A stretch of DNA of 64,000 nt from a virus (lineage: Duplodnaviria; Heunggongvirae; Uroviricota; Caudoviricetes). The stretch lies in the IMG/VR virus record IMGVR_UViG_3300010998_000001, positions 27,477 through 91,476 of that record, one strand, 5' to 3'. Shown here in pieces: positions 37,960 to 46,900 of this stretch (position 1 is the stretch's first letter; each line of letters starts with the position of its first letter). The position numbers and the translations under genes were made by a program. The notes under the pieces were generated by a model. That model did not search any database, was not told where the DNA came from, and saw nothing but the letters and a program-made list of their open reading frames with translations.

Positions 37960-40900
37960 TTATACTTTAAAAGCAATAATTCTTGTTGGTATAGCATAAG
38001 TATCACTCGATTCAACTGAGTTACTTGCATATGCCCTAGTCGCTCCGCCAAATGTAATTCTGTTATTCGAGAAATTAAAACTAACCTCTCTATGCACAGA
38101 ACTAACATATCCAGATGAACCAGTGAACCAAGACATATTCAAAAAAGCAACCACGCTAGAATCGCTAGTACGATATACAATACAAGAACTTCTATCATTG
38201 GTGTATGTGGTACTCCAACAAAATTCTACAATAAACATATTATAATTAGACATGGCAGTATTTGTTGTATATGTTCCGCTTGATACGGAACTAGAAGGGG
38301 AGCTATTTGTATAAAGAATAGTTGGAACACTCCAATACGTTATATCCTTATAAGAAATCCCCGCATTATAGAGTCTCAATACACCATAATCATTATCCGA
38401 ATTATTATTTACAAACATTGCCGCCCTATTACTGCCACTGGCGTTATACAAATCTAATTCTGCGCCAACATCATATGTAAATAGTCTCGTTCCAATTACA
38501 CCAGAACTATTATACATACGCAAAACAGTATTACTGCTTGTGTTTGCCGCGCCAAAATAAATGCTGCTACCAGTATATCGCATATGCCCATCCGCTAAAT
38601 ACAAATCTCTTTCGGATGAATTATATGTGCTCGTCATTCTTACACCAGTATCAGTAACTATGATATACTGTGAACCATCACTATTTGATAAAACAATTCC
38701 ATTCGTGCTGGCAGTTGTTCCATCAAGGAATCCTTGAGAGCCGTACATAAAACCAACATAGCCACCAATGGTTGATGAGGAAGCGCTTTGATAAACTTTT
38801 AATGCGCCGCCAATACTCAAATCGCCGCTAATCATGCCAGCGCTTGCATAGACTGTACCATATATGATAGCGTTACTTGCTTGTAATAGTCCAGCAGATG
38901 AAACCGTAAATCCAGTTGCGTCGCTTGCGGGAGTAGAACCAATAGTCCCATCTTTTTGAATATAAACCGTTAAATCAGGTTTGTCAGATAGAGAAGAATA
39001 ACTTCCAGATGTAGCAACCGAGGCAAGGCCGGACACGCTACTTGAAGCAACAGTAACCCCACTACCAAGTGTTAAAGATGTTGCATAAATTGAACCATAT
39101 ATAACCGCATTACTTGCCGTTAAGAGTCCGGCAGAGGATACTTTAAACCCAGTGGTGGTAGAGCTTGGAGTCGAACCAATAGTTACGTCTTGTTGCACAT
39201 ACACGGTTAAATCAGGCGTACTAGAAATCTTATTATATGGAATAGTAACATTACTTCCCAATGTCAGTGACGTTGCCGTGATCTCGCCAGAAAACACACC
39301 ACCACTAGCATATACAGTACCGTCATTCTTCACACCAAATTTCGAGCCAATAGCAAAACGCAAATTAGATCGAGATGTACCGTTAATTGATCTTGTGAAA
39401 TCCGATGTAGATAAAGTAACGTCACCAGCAGATGTTCCAGTGTTTGCAGTACCAGAATAAATTCCGCCAGATGTAATGACCCATCCAGAAACTCCGCCAA
39501 TGTAGCCGGATGTTGCCGTGATTGATCCAACAATGCTCACATTACCAGATGTATCAGCGGTAAAAACGGTATTAGTGCCATTTTTAATTGTGATACCAAT
39601 ATTCGTAATTGCTACACTATTGCCCTCATTATAAATTCCAAGGCTTTCACCAAGGATCAAATGACCCACCAGCTTGTCCGCAATAACACCGTATCCTTCT
39701 TCGGTTTGTTTGGTTGAAGGATTGTAAAATGTAAAAGCGCCAATACCAGCTTTTGAAGTAAGCCAATTATCATCTGTAACATATAGCCCACGATTTATAA
39801 TCTTTAACTGCCGATCATCATAATTATCGTCTATAGAGCTATATTCTCTAAGTAATAACCCATATCTATCCCATGTCACATTCTGATTATCTGCACTATT
39901 GACAATTTGTGAAGTTGTTAGAGCTAAACCTTTATTGACCCAATTCTGAACAACTGACGCAGAATTATTTCCTCTCGTTGCCTGTTTTTGTACCGCGCCA
40001 TATGAGCTTGCCATACTTGCAGCACTATTTATAACACTTGGGGCATCACTTCCAAGTTTTTTATCTTCATACATAACATCAGAAAATGTTATTGAAAGAT
40101 TTTCCAACTGATCGTAATTTATTTCATAATCCAACAATCTTAATTTGTATATCTCATCATCGACTTCAATTCTTATCCAATTACCAACTTCAAAATGATC
40201 TCGAATTGGTGCGAACTCAGGCATGGCTAGCAAATTCTTTAATGTTGCAGATATACTATGTTGATTTGTAGCAGATGTTTTAATCTCTTTTTCTGCTACT
40301 TCCATAAATTGTTGCGCCATTAAAAATAATTCAGATGTGTTAAGCCCGTCTGATATATAGTTAGAATTTGTATAAGTATCTTCACGACGATATGCGGCAA
40401 ATTCCTTCCACAATGTATCACCGATAAACGCTTCAAAATTAAGCGCTGATTGGATAGCCTCAATCCTTGCATAAAGAATTGTCTGCATTCCATTTGTTTG
40501 TACTTGCCCGCTTTCATTATACACACCATATATCGTGGCAATTTCATTTTCTCTTGTTACCATCTCTGCTTGAATTAATCCAAGCTTTTGATAATATGGT
40601 AAATAAATCGTGTTATACAAATTTACAGACGCGCTTGCCCAATTTGATGGATTGGCAATTCCTTGTTCAACAAGAATATCAATACAACCCTGGCAACACT
40701 TTTCAAGATTACTCAAATTATCTAAACTATGCTGTTTAAGGAAATTTGCAAATGTAGTATTAGAAACAGATGGCTTAAACATATCAACAATATCTGTAAT
40801 ATCACTATCATTATCAAGCATCTTGCCAATCTTTTGACTTACATATGTAGCATAATCAGAATTAATTGAAATTGTAATTGTGCCAGTTGTATATGTATCT

Positions 40901-42336
40901 TCTTCATTTGAATAGCTAGTAACCTTAATTGCGCCCACCCATGTGCGTGTTGACGAGCTACTTGAATATGCTGTTAAGGTTGCTCCATCAACAATTTTCA
41001 CTTGATAACGAGAGTCCACAATAACTCGCGCCATACCTTGTACGGCGTTCGATGCGGTTGACACAGAACACGCTTGCAGATTAGTAACCGCAACGGGCGA
41101 TAGATTACCAGCAGTTAGCAAGGCTACTTGAGCCGCAGCCGTTGTATTTGATAACTCAGCATTTGGCATCATACTTGTCTGAAGGAACAAGTTGAAGTCA
41201 ATCGTATTATATAGAGCCGCCATAAGTTCGGCATAGCCAGTGAGCGTAGCGGCAATAGGAGATAGATCGTCCATTCCAAGACTATATTGTGCATTAAGCG
41301 CAATATACTTATTTAACAGAATATTATATGCTGTGCGAATAGAGTTTGTCGGAGTATATGTTACAGTTTTTTGATATGATTCATATAATGTATCATATGT
41401 TTCTAGCTTGCTTTGAAGTGCGGTAGACATATCCTCGCGCACATCATCTGATATATACCAAATATAATCAGAGCCATTCGGATTGCAGTTGCGAATCGTT
41501 GCCGTCATTAGATCGTCGCCAGCTTCTAACTTAAAACAATTCTTCACGCTATCTGTATCAGTCGAATACTTTATATTATCAGCTAGATTATCAACAGAAA
41601 CGAATATGGTGGTATCATCACCATAACCAGAAATAATATTCGTACCGCCGCAATTTGTACACGTTCCGTTGAACTCACCTCGTGTGCCACAATCGCTGCA
41701 ATAATCCTTTAGATCATAAACACGAATTGAACGTTTCACTAGATTATTACTATCCAAGGTACAACGTACATCAAACAGACAATCATATTCTTCTTCAATT
41801 TCTATAAAGGCATCATATATACTCTTTCCATCAAAAGAAAAAGTCCGTTGTATTCCGGCGATAGTGGGAGATACATATTCAATTGAATAGTGTGGGGCTT
41901 TCTCTAAAATCCTATCAAGCATTGAGGCATTGCTATTCTGGTCGTTGTATAAAACTGTTATTTCATAATCGTCTCTCGCAATATCTGTTTCAGTATTAAT
42001 TTCAATATTATGTAATAGAATTTGAGAAAGTTCACATACACCAAGAGAATAAGCAGAGATTGATTTGACTGTTTCATCAGATTCTTCTAAATTTAAAACA
42101 ATCTCATAAAACATTTCATATTCAGGACAATAGATAAGTTTGAAATCCTTTATTTGTTCCCAATATACTTCACAATCATTTTTATAAACACTAAACGTTG
42201 TTTCGGATGTGTGCATAGTGTCTTTAAATTTGATTTCTTTCGCTGGCAACTGACATATACGTTGCCCGTTTCGCCGCGTTAAAATATAAGTAGGGTCTTC
42301 TACTCTATTCAGATTATCAAGTTTAATCTTACTCAT
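37960..42336 (-). CDS. baseplate hub / tail spike protein (Tal/prophage endopeptidase-like with beta-rich C-terminal extension)
   Basis: Follows the Dit-like gene. Hub-like N-terminus, ...EVGNWIR..VD...YKLRLL.YEINY.....ITFS motif, and a Gly/Ser/Thr-rich repeated C-terminal part. Confidence 0.8.
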   Translation of the reverse strand: MSKIKLDNLNRVEDPTYILTRRNGQRICQLPAKEIKFKDTMHTSETTFSVYKNDCEVYWEQIKDFKLIYCPEYEMFYEIVLNLEESDETVKSISAYSLGVCELSQILLHNIEINTETDIARDDYEITVLYNDQNSNASMLDRILEKAPHYSIEYVSPTIAGIQRTFSFDGKSIYDAFIEIEEEYDCLFDVRCTLDSNNLVKRSIRVYDLKDYCSDCGTRGEFNGTCTNCGGTNIISGYGDDTTIFVSVDNLADNIKYSTDTDSVKNCFKLEAGDDLMTATIRNCNPNGSDYIWYISDDVREDMSTALQSKLETYDTLYESYQKTVTYTPTNSIRTAYNILLNKYIALNAQYSLGMDDLSPIAATLTGYAELMAALYNTIDFNLFLQTSMMPNAELSNTTAAAQVALLTAGNLSPVAVTNLQACSVSTASNAVQGMARVIVDSRYQVKIVDGATLTAYSSSSSTRTWVGAIKVTSYSNEEDTYTTGTITISINSDYATYVSQKIGKMLDNDSDITDIVDMFKPSVSNTTFANFLKQHSLDNLSNLEKCCQGCIDILVEQGIANPSNWASASVNLYNTIYLPYYQKLGLIQAEMVTRENEIATIYGVYNESGQVQTNGMQTILYARIEAIQSALNFEAFIGDTLWKEFAAYRREDTYTNSNYISDGLNTSELFLMAQQFMEVAEKEIKTSATNQHSISATLKNLLAMPEFAPIRDHFEVGNWIRIEVDDEIYKLRLLDYEINYDQLENLSITFSDVMYEDKKLGSDAPSVINSAASMASSYGAVQKQATRGNNSASVVQNWVNKGLALTTSQIVNSADNQNVTWDRYGLLLREYSSIDDNYDDRQLKIINRGLYVTDDNWLTSKAGIGAFTFYNPSTKQTEEGYGVIADKLVGHLILGESLGIYNEGNSVAITNIGITIKNGTNTVFTADTSGNVSIVGSITATSGYIGGVSGWVITSGGIYSGTANTGTSAGDVTLSTSDFTRSINGTSRSNLRFAIGSKFGVKNDGTVYASGGVFSGEITATSLTLGSNVTIPYNKISSTPDLTVYVQQDVTIGSTPSSTTTGFKVSSAGLLTASNAVIYGSIYATSLTLGSGVTVASSSVSGLASVATSGSYSSLSDKPDLTVYIQKDGTIGSTPASDATGFTVSSAGLLQASNAIIYGTVYASAGMISGDLSIGGALKVYQSASSSTIGGYVGFMYGSQGFLDGTTASTNGIVLSNSDGSQYIIVTDTGVRMTSTYNSSERDLYLADGHMRYTGSSIYFGAANTSSNTVLRMYNSSGVIGTRLFTYDVGAELDLYNASGSNRAAMFVNNNSDNDYGVLRLYNAGISYKDITYWSVPTILYTNSSPSSSVSSGTYTTNTAMSNYNMFIVEFCWSTTYTNDRSSCIVYRTSDSSVVAFLNMSWFTGSSGYVSSVHREVSFNFSNNRITFGGATRAYASNSVESSDTYAIPTRIIAFKV

Positions 42337-42347
42337 TCATGCCCTCC

Positions 42348-43658
42348 TTATATACAGTCTTTGATAATTGGATCAAATGTTATAGAAATTGTACACGGTG
42401 CATTTACTACAATCACATTCCTATTATCATCATAGTTGTTCCCGATTTTCAAAAACTTGAAATTAAAATCCGTTGCTATATCATGTGATGCAGAAGTTGT
42501 TTCAATAATCTTTGTTTGACCGCGCATTGTAATAACTTCGCCGACGGCGCAATTTGTAATGGTAGTTGTTGTACTTTCTAATATGTTCTGGATTGTATAT
42601 GTCCCTGCTTGTCCGCAAGTAAGAACAACATCTGGATAGATATAACCAACGTCATCTGACGGGTCATATACATTATCTGTATAGCTATCCGCCGTACAAT
42701 CAGCAAAATCAATCCAGTTGTAGTAATTCGACACATAAGCATCGCCAGTGTTTTTGTTGATATATATTTTCCCTGTATTCGCAGATGCAATATACCCAGC
42801 AGTTGTTGGTACACCATAACCATATATTATTGTTGGTGTACCAGAAGTTAATCTTGTTATACGGGCGACAACGCCACTTTCATTTGGGTACGTAAAACTT
42901 GCTGTGCCAGAAGCGGTTATATTAAATATAATACTATAGATAGTATTGAGCGAGTTTTGCGAGCTACTATCATTACTACCGCTATACACGACAGAGCCGC
43001 TAACAGCTCTTGTGGCGGCGGTTTCATATGTTACATTAAAAATTATTACATCATCAGAACTAACACTAATGTTGCTCGTTACATAATAGTTTATTCCACC
43101 ACTCGTAGTTGTCGATGTATTAAACGGCACGTTCGCCGCAGTGTATTGAACGCCTGTTAAATCAAATGTGCGTTCGCAACTACTTGTGTCTATTAATTTA
43201 GTAATTCTTTCGGCGTAACCAAACGGTTTATCCGTTGTCATTTCTAAAGTAATACCCGCCAATTTTTCGCCAATTAAAATTTTCGATAGATTGAAACTGG
43301 ATTTATAAAAGCATGGCTCGCGGTCATAATCATCGTCTTCGTACAAAGCTTGAAATAGACAAAACTCGCCGCGATTAAGCCATCTCGCGATATCTCTATA
43401 TTCATCACTAGAAATATACATATCTTTTTGATCGTATTTATCAGGGTTTTTGCAAATATCAAATGTTGCTTGGATTGTGCCGCTAAAATCAGCGCTGGTC
43501 AATGTATTGCTTTTGCCATGATTAGTCGATACCAATTTGAAATCAATTTGTGAACCTACTGACACATTATTCGCGCCAGAAGCATTTCCAAAGTCGCAGA
43601 TGATGAAACCAAAATCACTTAGATATTGACCATCATATTCAAAGTCTAGTGCAAGCAT
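42348..43658 (-). CDS. distal tail protein (Dit-like) with internal insertion
   Basis: MLALDFEYDGQYLSDFG N-terminus and position right after the TMP. An S/T-rich insert lies between TDKPFGY and YPDVVL. Confidence 0.7.
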   Translation of the reverse strand: MLALDFEYDGQYLSDFGFIICDFGNASGANNVSVGSQIDFKLVSTNHGKSNTLTSADFSGTIQATFDICKNPDKYDQKDMYISSDEYRDIARWLNRGEFCLFQALYEDDDYDREPCFYKSSFNLSKILIGEKLAGITLEMTTDKPFGYAERITKLIDTSSCERTFDLTGVQYTAANVPFNTSTTTSGGINYYVTSNISVSSDDVIIFNVTYETAATRAVSGSVVYSGSNDSSSQNSLNTIYSIIFNITASGTASFTYPNESGVVARITRLTSGTPTIIYGYGVPTTAGYIASANTGKIYINKNTGDAYVSNYYNWIDFADCTADSYTDNVYDPSDDVGYIYPDVVLTCGQAGTYTIQNILESTTTTITNCAVGEVITMRGQTKIIETTSASHDIATDFNFKFLKIGNNYDDNRNVIVVNAPCTISITFDPIIKDCI

Positions 43659-43664
43659 TTAACT

Positions 43665-43931
43665 TCACCCCTTTATTTTAGAAATCTGTTCTCCCATCTC
43701 TTTTTCATATCTCGCCTTGAGTTCTTTAATTTCTCCAACAACAGTAAGATAAGCATGTTGATATTGCCGCGCCTCTGCAATAATATCAAGATACTCTTTC
43801 TGTGTACTTTCAACGCTCGCTTGTAAAGTTTCAATCATTGTATCTCTGTGTTGGATTTTCTTTTTTAACAGTTCGTTTTCTATATGTAGATTCCTATTCT
43901 CAAGCTCTAACTCTCTTAGTCTTTCTTCCAT
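43665..43931 (-). CDS. small coiled-coil protein
   Basis: 88 aa with a GGGGAGG SD. Confidence 0.7.
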   Translation of the reverse strand: MEERLRELELENRNLHIENELLKKKIQHRDTMIETLQASVESTQKEYLDIIAEARQYQHAYLTVVGEIKELKARYEKEMGEQISKIKG

Positions 43932-43983
43932 AGTTCTACCTCCCCATTATACAAAGAGGGAGAGGTAGAACTTAAACCTCTCC

Positions 43984-46900
43984 CTAAAATCTTATTCTAT
44001 ATTTGTCCATTGAGCTTCGCCCAACTAATTTATTAATGCTCATTGCCTCGATAAGTTTTTCAAACTTCTTATCACTCTGCATCTGCCGTACAAGATCGTT
44101 GTAATCTTGAACATGGTCTATCTCAATATTCAAATTAATATCGCCAATATTAGTTCCAGTATCCGCGCCAGAACCAAGACGTGAAAGAACGCTTGAAGCT
44201 ATATCGGCTGCTTTATCAGAGTAAGAGTAGCTATAATTGCCGCCATTCAACAGTGATAATGGCTGTTTAGCAATCGCCCTTAGAGAATCACGAAGATTAA
44301 CAAAGTTCTTAGTATCTTCCGCGTCAAGAACGGTTTCCGGCCTTCCGGGAGTACCGTCCAACCACGCAAGTCCAGTAAAGTCAACTTCGCCGCCGCGTTT
44401 ATAATTCTTAAACTTCTTGCGCATTTCTTTGTAGCTGTAGCCTTTGGGACTATAGCTAGAAGTATAAGAATATCCTTTATTAACAATGGTCTGAATCCCG
44501 TTTCCAGAGCCAAACACTTCTGTCAGTCTATTGGCGCGGGTTGGGTTTGTACTCCACCCATAGTTACCATTCCAAATAGCCGCCGCAACGTGTTTCTTAA
44601 TGCTGTCTGTTAATGTTGGCGCAGTAAAAGTAGAAGTTGTCTCTTTCTGCTCTTCCTTCTTTGTAGACTCACCATTCTGAGTAGCTGGAACAACAGACTT
44701 ATCAACTTCTGTAGTAGTAGCAGTTGCCGCAATTTTCGCCGTTGCTTCTTCTTCGCTCTTCTTGATTAAGCCATCTGTATATGCTTTGATACCATTGATC
44801 GCAGCATTAGTTGTAGTCATAGTAGAAGTGAAATTATTGCTATACGTCGTAATCGCACCAGTTGTAGCGAGGATTCTTTTTGCGACAGAGTTATCATCTT
44901 CGCCATTCATGGCCTTTTTCAACAATTCAGCATCGGCGCTAGATAATTGCCCCTCTGTAATGAGTTGGTTGATTAGCTTTGTCGCAAGGCTATTGTCGCC
45001 GCCATTAATAGCATTTTTCAATTTCTCAGCATCCGCCGCAGAAAGTTTACCTTCAGATTGAAGTGTATTGATGAGCATATTGGCGAGACTTCCAGAATCG
45101 CCGCCATTAATAGCCGCCTTAATATCTTCCGCTGTAGTTGCGGCCTGTTTCCATAACGTTGACAGTTCGCCGGAAATTGTATATCCGACAGATTTCGCCG
45201 CGTCATTTATGGTTTTGTTAATTGTGTCAGCGTTAAAATTAACATCATCTGTTAATTCGCTTATCAGCAAATCAACATCATCAAGCCGTGTGTTCAGAGT
45301 AGTCTCATACTCCAAGTACAAATCATCTAGGAGCTTCTTTTGATCCTTAATATACTGATCGTATTGAGTTTCCTCTAATTCCTCTTGCGCGTCGATTAAC
45401 TCTTGATTGAGTTTCTGTAGCCGCGAAATATTTTCCTCCGAAGAGTCACCTCCGTAGGCCGTAATCTGCTTCTGAATTGATGCAATATTCGCGGTCTGTT
45501 TCTCGATATTCTTACGATAGTCATTGAGTGACTTCGCCGCATCTAACGAATCCTCATAGGAATCAATCAACTCTTTTAGCGCATCAAGCTGGGCTTTAAT
45601 ACCTTCCTCGACAAGAGCAACCATAGCGTCCTTTTCATCGTTGGCCGCTTTTATAGAGTCTTGTTGCAGTTTGAGTAATTTTTCTCTCTGCGTAATAAGG
45701 TCGGTATTATATGGGTCTTTCGCTATGTCCTCGTTGATCTTCTTGATTTCCTTGGCATACTGGTCGGCTTGGTTCATGTAGATGTTATAATTCATACCAT
45801 GCAGACCAAGATTGGTTAGGCCAGTATCGGTAAAGTTACCCTGTTTATCTACATTATCACCAGTTAATAAACTCATTAGGAAATCACTTTCCTGAGTCAT
45901 TTGTCCAATTCGATCTTGCGTGAAACTAAAGTAAGACCATTCAAGCTCGCGCATAGTCTTAGCATATTTGGCCAGCGAAATATCAGCTTCATCCAAGGCT
46001 TCCTTAACCTTGTTGATATTTATTTGCATCTGGTTAAATGCTTCGCTGCCTTCTTCGATTTCGCCGCTATTAACAGCCTCAGACATGGCGCGAGTTAGCT
46101 CTTTCAGCTCTGCTTCGAGAACTTCTTTATTCTGTTTCTCTGCTTTCTGAAGGGCAGTATAATAGGAAGTAGCCGCCAGTCGGCCACGTTCCTCTAGCAA
46201 ATCAAGACCATTATTGTAGGTTGTTGCCAAATGGCCGATTAAATCAAGCTGTTGCTCAAAATCCGTTTGGGCGCGAGTAAAGTTTTCCTCATAAAGAGAG
46301 GCAAGGGTTTCATGGAGCGTATCAACAGCTTTTGAACATTCTAATGATTTCTCATACCACTCTTGATACTTTTTGATAAGCTCCGCCGTTGCGTCATCGT
46401 AATCGTTGATATCAATAATACCTTCGCGTACTTTTGCCGCCAAATCAGAAGATAATCCAACAGAGTTTGCTTGTTGTAGATACCTCTCTGCGGCGCGAGT
46501 TTGTAGATCAATCTCCTGCGCAACAAGCTCGATCTCGTCATATGTCGCCGCCATCCGGCCTTTGAGTGACAAATATGTACTATCGGCAGTTTCTTTCAAA
46601 TTAGAAATTGCGTCCTCAATACGATTAATCGCAATTTCGATCCAGTCGATAGTTTCTAAATCATCCGAAGAAGATGAACTTGAAGAGCTAGAAGAACTGG
46701 ACGATGAACTACTAGAAGAACTTTTTGAAGAGCTGCTACTTGATGAAGTAGACGACGTTCCACTATACCCCGTAGACTTTCCACCGCTTAAACTATATGT
46801 CGTATAACCAGAGCGGCCAGCGGCAAATGCTGGGATCGCATCACTGAAATCATTGTTCGCTAGTATCTTTCTGGTTTCCGCCGCTGTATAAACAACGTCG

